This document shows positions 10,673-21,660 of a stretch of DNA of 64,000 nt, in pieces (the first letter of the stretch is position 1; each line of letters begins with the position of its first letter). A program made the position numbers and the translations under genes. The notes beneath the pieces are model-generated. The model made no database searches and was not told the DNA's origin. It was given only the letters and a program-made list of their open reading frames with translations. Source of the stretch: Eledone cirrhosa (taxonomy: Eukaryota); assembly GCA_964016885.1 (NCBI GenBank), contig OZ024757.1, forward strand, positions 30,194,001 through 30,258,000, written 5' to 3'.

Positions 10673-11539
10673 ATTATTTCGTCGCTCTACAAGTTAAAAA
10701 TACCTTCAATAAAATAAACAAATTAATAAAATCAAGTTCTTCGCCCGATCACAACTATGTAGAGGTTGTTGTTTAGCCCTAGGTCAGGTCTAGTGGAACA
10801 AAACAATAATTGAAAGACGGTCCATTCTTGACCAACCTAGCTTTCTGTCTTTCTGTCTTTCTGAATTTTTTTATTTTTTTTTTATATTGCAGAATACATG
10901 CCACGGTGTGTTCTTTCGTTTCTTAAAGAGGGTGAGATGTTAGTTTTGAACCTGAACACTGTACACAATAATTTTCATTATATTATAGTTAATAAATTAT
11001 ATTACTGACCTCCCAGACAAGACGCAGAGGTCTGCATCTTACTTATATATGGTCATACGTTCTATCAATTGCAGCAAAGAAGTTGTCTTTTGACACAAAC
11101 TGAAGGGTCCTCCCAAATCCCTTGTTTGGCAAGCTTTTTACAGCTGGATGCCTTTCCCAACACCAATCACTTTACTCCGTGTACTGGATGCTTCATTGTG
11201 TAGATCACCAACACTAGGGAGATTGTTGTGTCTTTGACACAACTAAAGGATCCTCTCAACCCTTTTACACATGGTTTCTACAGTGGGGTGCCATTCCTGT
11301 CGCCACTTAGTTTCAGTACATCTAATTCAACTAATGTTTATGTTATTTCAATTTAGTTCAAGAGGAAAACTTTGAGTCTAAGAAAGGATTATTAAATATT
11401 GTATATCTTCAGAAGCACTGTAAATGACTATACAATTACATGGGACTCAGCAAGCCCAAAGAAAGGTTGGAGGACCACATCTTATAGAGTTACTGAAGAT
11501 GTACAATATTGCTTTGTTATACTCAATAATTTTCCTCTT

Positions 11540-12235
11540 GATTTCCAACATACACTTCTAGGTTTACTGTCAAGTGCTACATGGCTGGAATGAAAATCAA
11601 TGCTGCTAAAACTGAGACACTCATCCTCTCAAGGAAGCCTGCACAATGCACTCTATTTGTGAGTGGAGTTCCACTGAAGCCAGTGGAGGAGTTCAAGTAT
11701 CTTGGGGTTGTATTCATGAGTGATGGAGGCAGGAAGCTGAATTAAGTGCAAGAATTGTAGGAGCTGGTGCAGTAATGCGCCAGCTTCATCATTCGGTCAT
11801 CAGAAGAAAGGGGGTAGCTGTATAATCCAAACTCACTACCTTCAATTTGGTATTCATGCCAACCTTTACCTATGGTCATGAATCTTGTGTAATGACCAAC
11901 AAAAGTGAATTGTGGATACAAGCAGCTGAAATGGGGTTCCTCTGAAGGAGTGCATGGCTTGGAGATCAGGGAGTCACTGCAGGTAGAGTCACAGCTCTGA
12001 TACTACAGAGATGAGGTCAAAACGTATCAGGAAAGAATTGCTGGACAGATTTGGGGGGCAAAACCAGCCAGCAGGTAACCCAGGAGTAGACTCCAAGTCA
12101 GCTAGTTTGATAACATTAATGAGCTCAGATAGGGATCCAGGCAGATCAATTAGAAACAGTTACGTCTAGACATGACCCTCTGGAAGGTGTGATTGAGAAC
12201 TCCAAGCATGACCCTTCCAAGAAGAAGAAGTTGTA
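11540..12235 (+). mobile_element. decayed RTE-clade LINE RT/3' fragment (copies at ~17090, 28450 and 39830)
   Basis: Translates to MKINAAKTETLILSR...VEEFKYLGVVFMSDG...TYGHESWVMT with stops. Confidence 0.75.
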
Positions 12236-12849
12236 TGATTGTATGTATATTTATATACATATTTATATATATGTATATATTTATATATTCGTCTATATAT
12301 TCATGGGGGGAGGGGGGCAGCTGCACCCTCACCAATACGTTACTATTTAAGAGACAATTCCAGGATTTCTGGTCTTGTGGAATGGAATCAACTACATAAT
12401 CACTAATGACAGAGTTGGAGTTAAGAACAGCCACAAAAAGTTCCTTCAATGGAGAAAGAATGTACGATTCTTATCATGGCTAATGCAACGATCATCAGTT
12501 TAAGTAGATGACTTTAGCATCATGAACACTAGTGGTTTTGCAGATGCTCGACTATTAGCCCCTAAGCATTTAAACCAGCCAGAATTCTCAAATCTCTTTC
12601 TGTTCAACCGGTTCTAACTGGCCACTCATAGATTCAATATTATATGAGATAATTATGTAAGGTAAAGACTTTACCATGAAAATACAATAGTAAATATAGT
12701 TTAATGTAAATGCTAAAGGATTAATTTGACAATGGGTTGGTAACACTGCTGCTGTGAGTATGCAGATGCAGGTGTGGCAAGCTGCATATATTCTTGTCAT
12801 TAGAAAAAGCAAAATGAATGCGTCATCTTCGCTGGAGGGATGACTCAAG

Positions 12850-13255
12850 AAGAAAAAGTGGAAGGAATGGATGATGTTAAACTCCTTCACATTACACTGC
12901 TTTGTGATTATGTAATCAACCATATCCCAATCCTTTGACCATGGATACATCCAAGTTATTTTGTGATTCATTGTCTATTGGTAGAAAGTGTTGACGATTG
13001 CAAGGACAAATTCTCAGCAAAGGGAAAGAAGAAGTAGACTATTTCAATTCATTTGTCTCATACCATACAGACCAAGAATATTAGGCCATGTTTGATGGTC
13101 ATCACCCACTTGAGCATTGAGGTCTCCCATTAAAACAGGTTTATCTTTCTATTGAAGCTTTGTGATAACTTTACTAAACTGCTCATAAAATTCTTCTCCC
13201 TCTTCCTCTGGAACAGGCATGGATGGAATGTAACAACTGGCTAGTGTTGTAACCC
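12850..13255 (-). mobile_element. RTE/BovB-like LINE endonuclease fragment (copies at ~24215-24620 and ~35565-35970)
   Basis: MGDLNAQVG...TWMYPWSKDWDMVDYII, AP-endonuclease motifs with stops. Confidence 0.75.
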
Positions 13256-13835
13256 TATATGAGTCCCTGTAAATTAGTTACTTTCTGTAAAATCCTCTAA
13301 GGTTACTCATACATTAAATCCAGTATGTCATTTTAACATACATGCTGAACATGTAGGTAATTGTAGCCTGAAAAAAATAATTTATTATAATTATTTTTAT
13401 ATTTAATCACTTCCACATATCAGTAACCAACATCAACTGTAGGGTTTCTCTTATGTGAACCATGGTATGAATTCTCTGATTGAGTATATATATATATATA
13501 TATATCCAGGGAGAGTAACGCAGAGTTACTGTAGGTTCACCTGGGTGAGCACTAGGTAAGCGCTCAACTAGGTAAGGAGTAACCATTCGTTCTTGTTTTA
13601 TTATATATATGGTTCCCTTGAAATACATATAATTAAATAAATATAGTTTGATAAAGATAGTTTCCATTTATTAATATTATTGATATTATACTCCAGAAGA
13701 ATTTTATAGAGTGCTTCGAATCTGTTATAAATAAATTTGTTGAATAACCAATAAATTAAATAACACTTTGCTTATATATATATATATATAAATATATATA
13801 CATATATATATATATATGTGTGTTTGTGTGTCCCC

Positions 13836-15657
13836 AGAATGATGCCGGTGTACTTAGTGTCACGAATGATCAGAAGAGGGAGGCCTGGAAATGTCATTAT
13901 GAGAGACTGATGAATGTAGAGAACGAATGGGAGAGAGAGAAATTACCCTCAGTAGATCCGACAGATTGACCAGCTATTGAGATTGACGAATATAGGGTCC
14001 AAGAGGCGATAAAGGAAATGAAAAATGGTAAGGCTGCTGGACCATCGGGGATAGTTGCTGAGATGCTGAAGGCATCAGGGTACGTAAGGCACTAAACTGG
14101 TTGCACGCATCATAAATCAGGCTATATATGGTCGTGTCATACCCAAAGACTGATGCAGCAGTATTCTCATAAATTGCTACAAAGGTAAAGGGGATGCTCT
14201 GGAGAGGAGCAATTATAGGGGTGTAAAACTGGTGGATCAGGTTATGAAAGTGGCAGAAAGAATATTAGCACAACTAATTAGAGAACGGGTTAAACTAGAT
14301 GAGATGCAGTTTGGTTTTGTGCCTGGGAAAAGTACAACAGATGCCCTCTTCTTGGTGAGACAATTACAAAAGAGGTTCTTAGAGAAGAATAAGCCACTAT
14401 ACTTAGCCTTTGTTGACCTAGAGAAGGCCTTTGATAGGGTACCCCAATCTGTCATCTGGTGGTCCCTAAGGAAACTAGGTGTTGAGGAATGGCTTGTGAG
14501 GACAGTGCAAACTTTGTACAGAAGTACTGTCAGTAAAGTCAGGGTAGGATTGGAGTTTAGTGAGGAATTCCAGATACAAGTAGGAGTACATCAAGGTTCG
14601 GTCCTCAGCCCGCTCTTGTTCATTATAGTCCTCCAAGCCATAACAGAGGAGTTTAAGACTGGCTGTCCATGGGAACTTCTCTATGCTGATGATCTGGTTC
14701 TTATAGCAGAAACAGTAGAGGAGCTAGAGAATAAATTCTGGCTATGGAAACAGCAGTTGGAAACAAGAGGACTGAGAGTGAACCTATCTAAGACAAAAGT
14801 GTTGATTAGTAGAAAAGAGGACAAAACTCTGATTCCGTCAGGGAAATGGCCATGTTCGATATGCAGAAAAGGAACTGGCATAAATTCTATAAAAAGCACA
14901 CAATGCAGATCCTGGGTACACAAGAGATGTAGCAGGATAGCAGGCAAACTAACAGGTAGGAAGAAATACGTATGCCATAGATGTACAGGGAAATTAGACA
15001 GTAGAAGTCACATTGATAGACACATTTTTCAAATGCAGGCGGGTGCTATAGAAGTGGTGGATAGCTTCCGGTACCTAGGAGATCAGATTAGCATGGGAGG
15101 AGGGTGTTCCGAGGCTATAGTATCTAGAATAAGGACGGGTTGGAAGAAGTTTAGGGAGCTGCTTCCTCTGCTGACGAAGAAGGGTTTCTCCCTGCGTACG
15201 AAAGGCCGGTTATATGATGCCTGTGTGAGGAGTGCGATGCTGCATGGTAGTGAGACATGTGCATCAACTGCAGAGGATATGCGACGGCTGGAGAGAAATG
15301 AGGTAAGCATGCTCCATTGAATGTGCAGTGTCAATGTGCGTCAACGACCCAGCATGAATGTTGAGAGAGAAACTGTGTCTGAGAGGGATAGAATGTAGTG
15401 TACGGGAGAGGAGACTGATGTGGTATGGACATGTGATGCGCATGGAGAATGACTGATGGGTGAAGAAGTGCCAGGAAATGCCAGTTGAAGGAAGACGTGG
15501 TAGAGGTAGACCACGAAAAACATGGGAGGAGGTGGTGAGAACAGACCTCAGATCGCTGAAGCTGACGGTGGAGATGACGAAGGACCGTGACGAGTGGAGA
15601 GATGCTGTGCTGAATAAGACCCGTCCCACCCTTGCAAGCAGGGAAGAGCGGATGTAA
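13836..15657 (+). mobile_element. 5'-truncated RTE LINE, subfamily A, copy 1 (RT with PHD-like insert; disrupted)
   Basis: ORF 14232..15320 has QFGF, AFVDLEKAFD, GVHQGSVLSP, YADD and FRYLG; C-terminus RGRPRKTW; stops and frameshifts at both ends. Confidence 0.95.
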
Positions 15658-17815
15658 AAGAGAGTTTTTTGAGTGATGCCAAACTGTATCTGCCTTTGTC
15701 TCTCCCTTGAACAACATGGGTGCCAGAGGAGACTGATATGCGTGAGCGACTGCTGGTCTTCCACAAATATACTGTCCCCGGTCTTGTGCCGCGGAGGGAA
15801 ACTCTCTAGGTGTAAGTCCCATGGTCATTTGTGACCGAAGGTGGTCTTTGTTCCTATCTGAAACGAGTTAATTACACAACATCGTATTTATAACACTTCT
15901 ACTATGGATATTTGAGTCGGTAGAACACTCTACAACTACCGGGGAGATTAGCAATGTGTAATCTATCTTTATAAGTAACGGTAATACTAAGAAACAGGCC
16001 GGGAGGGGGTAGAAATGGTGCAAAATTTTATTTTGATCGGATAAATTTAATGGTCAAGGGGAGATAATTTCAAAGAGAGAAAGAGCGAGTAAGAGAGATA
16101 AAGAGAGTGTGGGGAGAGAACCGAAGGTTTGCACACACGCATATATAAAGCCTGAACATATTATTTCCGATTTCACCATCATTAAAGTATGTTTAAAATT
16201 TGCGACACAACACGAAGTCATTATTTCGTCGCTCTACAAGTTAAAAATACCTTCAATAAACTAAACAAATTAATAAAATCAAGTTCACAAACACCAATGT
16301 ATTCGCCCGATCACAACTATGTAGAGGTTGTTGTTTAGCCCTAGGTCAGGTCTGGAGGAACAAAACAATAATTGAAAGACGGTCCATTCTTGACCAACCT
16401 GGCTTTCTGTCTTTCTGAATTTTTTTTTTCTTTTGTATCGCAGAATACATGCCACGGTGTGTTCTTTCGTTTCTTAAAGAGGGTGAGATGTTAGTTTTGA
16501 ACCTGAACACTGTACACAATAATTTTCATTATATTATAGTTAATAAATTATATTACTGACCTCCCAGACAAGACGCAGAGGTCTGCATCTTACTTATATA
16601 TGGTCATACGTTCTATCAATTGCAGCAAAGAAGTTGTCTTTTGACACAAACTAAAGGGTCCTCCCAAATCCCTTGTTTGGCAAGCTTTTTACAGCTGGAT
16701 GCCTTTCCCAACACCAATCACTTTACTCCGTGTACTGGATGCTTTATTGTGTAGATCACCAACACTAGGGAGATTGTTGTGTCTTTGACACAACTAAAGG
16801 ATCCTCTCAACCCTTTTAGACATGGTTTCTACAGTGGAGTGCCATTCCTGTCGCCACTTAGTTTCAGTACATCTAATTCAACTAATGTTTATGTTATTTC
16901 AATTTAGTTCAAGAGGAAAAAATTGAGTCTAAGAAAGCATTATTAAATATTGTACATCTTCAGAAGCACTGTAAATGACTATACAATTACATGGGACTCA
17001 GCAAGCCCAAAGAAAGGTTGGAGGACCACATCTTATAGAGTTACTGAAGATGTACAATATTGCTTTGTTTTACTCAATAATTTTCCTCTTGATTTCCAAC
17101 ATACACTTCTAGGTTTACTGTCAAGTGCTACATGGCTGGAATGACTATCAATGCTGCTAAAACTGAGACACTCATCCTCTCAAGGAAGCGTGCACAATGC
17201 ACTCCATTTGTGAGTGGAGTTCCACTGAAGCCAGTGAAGGAGTTCATGTATCTTGGGGTTGTATTCATGAGTGATGGAGGCAGGAAGCTGAATTAAGTGC
17301 AAGAATTGTAGGAGCTGGTGCAGTAATGCGCCAGCTTCATCATTCGGTCATCAGAAGAAAGGAGGTAGCTGTATAATCCAAACTCACTACCTTCAATTTG
17401 GTATTCATGCCAACCTTTACCTATGGTCATGAATCTTGGGTAATGACCGACAGAAGTGAATCGTGGATACAAACAGCTGAAATGGGGTTCCTCTGAAGAA
17501 GTGCATGGCTTGGCGATCAGGGAGTCACTGCAGGTAGAGTCACAGCTCTGATACTACAGAGATGTGGTCAAAATGTATCAGGAAAGAATTGCTGGACAGA
17601 TTTGTGGGGCAAAACCAGCCAGCAGGTGACCCAGGAGTAGACTCCAAGTCAGCTAGTTTGATAACATTCATAAGCTCAGATGGGGATCCAGCCAGATCAA
17701 TTAGAAACAGTTACGTCTAGACATGAGCCTCTGGAAGGCGTGTTTGAGAACTCCAAGCATGACCCTTCCAAGAAGAAGAAGTTGTATGATTGTATGTATA
17801 TTGATATACATATTT

Positions 17816-18119
17816 CTTGCAATCGAAAGGTTGTGAGTTCAATTCTCAGACCGGATGATGTGTTGTTTCCTTGAGCAAGACACTTTATTTCACATTGCTC
17901 CAGTTTACTCTGCTGTAGAAATGAGATGATAGGGACTGGGGTCCCTATCATTCTACTGCAAAGTGGTCGTGTAGGTGCCACGGCAAAAAAGCGCGCAGCA
18001 CTCACTGTAAATGAGGTTGGTGTTAGGAAGGGCATCCAGCTGTAGAAATCAGGCCAGAATCAGTTCCCTTCCCACCCTTGCAAGCAGGGAAAAGCGGACG
18101 TAAAATGATGATGATGATG
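17816..18119 (+). mobile_element. SINE with tRNA/CORE-like head and RTE-type 3' tail (copies at 29177-29480 and 42355-42658)
   Basis: B box gagttcaattc, ccttgagcaagacactttatttc, tail cccacccttgcaagcaggg..cggacgtaaaa(tga)n, TSD atattt; absent at the paralogous site ~12260. Confidence 0.85.
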
Positions 18120-18444
18120 ATATTTATATATACGTATATATTTATATATTCATCTACATATTCATATATAATTATTTATATATACGTATATGTTTAATTA
18201 TCAATATACGAAGAAGATTCAAATTCTTTTAAAATGTAGAAATCTCAAGTGCAGGAAATAACTGTAACAGCAATCAATTGTTATTTTTTAAAATAGCTTA
18301 GAAAAAAAAATGGCCAGCAACTTCTACCAAGAAACGAACTCAGAACACTATGTAACAAAATTGAACTAAACTAGCTTACATATAGATTTATATGTATAGA
18401 TACACACATATGAACACACATACACATACACACGCAGTCCCAAT

Positions 18445-18700
18445 TCATTTTGGCGGGAATTTTACAAACAGGTTGCCATAGTGTTCAGGTCAACGGTTCA
18501 GTAACAGATATGGCAAAACACAATAGCCCTCTGGGTAATGTACACAATTTATTTTAATTTAATTTTAGGAATTAATGTATTCGCAATTATTTCTGCATAT
18601 GACTGTTATTGTTTTTCATTCAAAACAAATTACTTGAAATGTCAAAAATCTAAGGAAAGTTTCATGTTTGATGTCGCCATGGTTAAAGCCGAAGATGGCG
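18445..18700 (+). promoter_or_regulatory. candidate promoter (copies at ~29806-30061 and ~42984-43239)
   Basis: E2F-like TTTTGGCGGGAA (18448-18459), RFX X-box-like GTTGCCATAGTG (18472-18483) and YY1-like AAGATGGCG at the ATG. Confidence 0.45.
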
Positions 18701-18748
18701 ACCGGCGTTCTGAAGCTGGTTAGGAGCAGACGACATCTGACGATTCTC
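18695..18748 (+). CDS. candidate first coding exon MATGVLKLVRSRRHLTIL (mitochondrial-presequence-like), copy 1
   Basis: AAGATGGCG start context, CpG-rich, basic and without acidic residues, followed by GT; an alternative donor gttagg lies at 18718; no downstream exons identified. Confidence 0.4.
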
Positions 18749-18752
18749 GTAT

Positions 18753-18806
<54 letters not shown>

Positions 18807-19002
18807 TCAGTTATTGTTTATATATATATATAGTGTGTGTATGCATTCTTAGGAATAATATATATATATATTATTATTTATACAACTCTTCAGTAATTAA
18901 AATAAATATCTGATCTGTATACACACACACACACACACATATATATATACCATTGCTATATATATATATATCACATAAGAAACGGAGAATCAGTGTTGCG
19001 AC

Positions 19003-19110
19003 GAATAAAATTTATTACAATTGTTTCTCTGGCGACCAGCTCGAGGCACGATCGATGTAATGATCGAACCTGACTCTGAAATCGCAAGGTCCTCAGATAC
19101 GTCTCGATTC
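19003..19110 (-). ncRNA. hammerhead ribozyme-like motif with long stem II within a Penelope-like pLTR remnant (18972-19120), copy 1
   Basis: CTGAGGA (19096-19090), ~62-nt imperfect hairpin, GAAAC-AATT-GTA^ (19027-19016) overlapping AATAAA, flanked by (TA)n. Confidence 0.6.
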
Positions 19111-19539
19111 TACCCTATACATATATATATATATAGGGTAGTGAACTTCGTAAAAATATTTCTATCTAAAGTTAACAGAACACGAAGTACGAGGGACGAG
19201 TTGTAATGTAGAAAATTAAGTAAAATCCATTTAAATTCACAAATGTGGTGAATTTAACTTAATTTTGTATGTATATATATATTTATATATATGTGTGTGT
19301 GTGCATACGTATAAAGCAACAAAGAAAGTCCACATGTGGTCGCACCACAGGCTAGAAGTAGCAACCAAATTTGTCTTTAAAATACATAGTACTGTCCTCA
19401 ATAAACAGAACTCACTAATGAATATAGAGACCTATAAAAAAAAAAAATAAGACAGAAATGCAAATAGGTATAATAATGTTTGAGTATTATAAATAGTTGA
19501 ATAAATCGAATAAAGTACCTCTGGGGACATGCAGTACAT

Positions 19540-20375
19540 GATGAAGACATGTTCTGAAGCATGGACTATTTTAGGGCTCACTTTAAAGTTAACTAAGATC
19601 AAGGTGATGTACACTCCAGCACAAGGAGAACCTTATGTTGTGCCAAATATATATGTGAAGGTTCTTCAGAGTAATGTTACTCGATAGAGTGTGTAGCTCG
19701 AAGATCAAAGAGTCATGCCAGGTAGAGCTGCTTCTTCTTTGAATTGAGAGATAATAGCTTCGATATGATGGGTATGTGGTTAGGAATCTCTCAGGAAAGA
19801 ATCGTTGGACAGATTTTTACAGGCAAAACCAACTGGCAGGAGACCCTAAGGTAGACCCCAAGCAAGATATTTGAAGGAATGTTTAAGGGCTCTGCCCCCA
19901 TGACCCTCTCAGGAATAAGTGAGCGAAGAAGAAGATGTATTGCATATCTGCTTCTGAGTTCAAAACAAAGTCTGCATAATCAGCATACAAAAGTTCTCGA
20001 ATTAACACATTGAATATCACAGATTTATTATTAAATCTTCTTAAATTAAAAACTTGCCCAGATGTTAGGAAACGCAGATTTATGCCTCGATTACAGTTGT
20101 GGAATGCATAAGAAAGGAAAGTGGCAAAGTATGTTGCAGATAGTGTTAGTGTCCACAGAAATTTGTCCTGAGAATTTTCCATTAAATACAACCCTGGCCT
20201 TTATGTCCTGATGTAGTTTGAAGATCTGTTAAAATTTCTGTGGACAGCCTAATTTACTAAGAATGATCCAAGAATCATCCATGCTGCTTGTATCAAAAGC
20301 CTAAGTCAATCTCATCTAACTCTGGTGCCTTGCCTGAATTTATTTGTGGGGTTGCCAGACTGATTTCTTCATAAT
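19540..20375 (-). mobile_element. decayed RTE/BovB-like RT fragments, with a plus-strand RTE 3' fragment at ~19740-19915 (copies at ~30985 and ~44135)
   Basis: GQVFNLRRF...IRELLYADYADF and INSGKAPELDEI motifs. Confidence 0.7.
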
Positions 20376-20379
20376 GTAA

Positions 20380-21197
20380 TAATGTGGTCCTTTTGAAAAG
20401 AAACACAATGCTTTTTACATCCCCCCCAAACTGAGGCCATCACCTTCATTACAGATGAAATGACCATGGCCTTCCTTGGAGCAAGTGAGGTGGGGTGTTT
20501 CTACTGCATGGATTATTTCTTTGTCTCTGCCTCAAAGTGATGAACCCAACGCTTATCCTGGGTTAGGAAAAGTTCAAGGACACCAACTGGATGTGTTTCA
20601 AACAAGGTCAGATTTTCCAATCATATGATCAACCTGGTGTGCTTTTGATCTTGTGTCAGAAGACATGGCACCCACCGAACAGAAACCTTTGTCATGCCAA
20701 GTTCATTGTGCAGAATAATCTCAACTCTCTCAGGGGATATGCTAGTAGGATTGGCTATTTGATTTATAGTCAATCGCCTGTCAACTATTACCATGTGGTG
20801 AACACAATCAATATTTTCCTAGGTGGTGGCAGTTGCAGGAAGTCCAGACCTCAAGTCATCTTCAGGAGTTTCTCTTCTCCTCCTAAATTCAACTGCCCAC
20901 TTTCGTACTGTTGATAAGGCTAAAGTGTCATCCCCTGATGTAGCAACCATCTCAGCATGAATTTCCTTGGAAGCTAAACCCTTTTTCTGTGGGTACATGA
21001 TGCCAAATTTTGTCCATTTTCAAGACAAGTTGCTACCAGTTACATTTGAAGTCTTCTTTGAACAATCAGATGTCAGTTTACCTAAGAAAAGACTATGCAC
21101 TTATTAACAAGAGGAATTGAAATTAAAGTATGCAAGATTTCACAGCTCTAGCATAACTCCTTCATAGTCAATCTATGAACATTTCAGTCTACCCTCG
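20380..21197 (-). mobile_element. mariner transposase pseudogene with 5' TIR (copies 31820-32537 with ~110-bp deletion, 44975-45798, 52508-53198, 58105-58795)
   Basis: TA|CGAGGGTAGACTGAAA terminus; translation LSTVRKWAVEFRR..EDDLRSG..RWVPCLLT..TQDKRWVHHFE (HTH, WVPxLL, first catalytic D). Confidence 0.9.
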
Positions 21198-21660
21198 TAT
21201 TTAAATGCGGGTGTGCAAGCTTTCACTGTGTTTCCCGAATTACCTCCCTTGAATTGTTAAAATTTTATTGAAGTGATATTTTCATCACCCAAGTTAATAT
21301 ACACCATTTCTACACCCTTCAGCCTGATTTCTCAGTTTTATTGCTATTTATATAGATAAAATATACATTACTAATCCCCCCCGGCATTAGTCTAGTGCTC
21401 TACTGACTCAAATATTTATAGTAGATACAATGTAATTAACCCGCTTCAGTTATATATTAATATATATATATACACGATGAGACATATAGTTAAATATTTT
21501 CTTACTATGACTACCACGTCTCTTATTCTCTGAATCCCTCACATTATCCTATCTTTCCTTCCTTTTGAAACTGTAGACTGTAACCTTTGGATTATTTGGC
21601 TGCTATTTTTAGCAGTGTGAATGTCCACATAAAGGTTTCCATCTTCGCCCATGGCTTTAC

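Noticed and set aside
13507-13772. (TA)n-flanked segment with CCAGAAGA...CGAATC...AATAAA resembling a third hammerhead, plus ctag|gtaag donor-like sites
   Set aside because: Both core motifs are mutated and stems I and II do not pair; at most a decayed pLTR. No supported exon.
14232-15320. 362-aa RT ORF as a domesticated gene or a prokaryotic RT system (retron, DGR, CRISPR-RT)
   Set aside because: It is flanked by stops and frameshifts, frameshifted in both sister copies, has a LINE tail and sits in a eukaryotic context. No CRISPR-like repeat-spacer array was seen anywhere in the window.
19050-19120. tRNA gene (GGTTCGATC B-box-like on the minus strand)
   Set aside because: No cloverleaf; the bases are better explained as part of hammerhead stem II.
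21243-21345. Minus-strand segment with acceptor-like and donor-like ends
   Set aside because: All three frames contain stops, and the donor is not conserved in later copies.
21540-21655. Minus-strand short ORF MGEDGNLYVDIHTAKNSSQIIQRLQ... present in five copies
   Set aside because: Only ~37 codons with no recognisable homology; the recurrence reflects the duplications.
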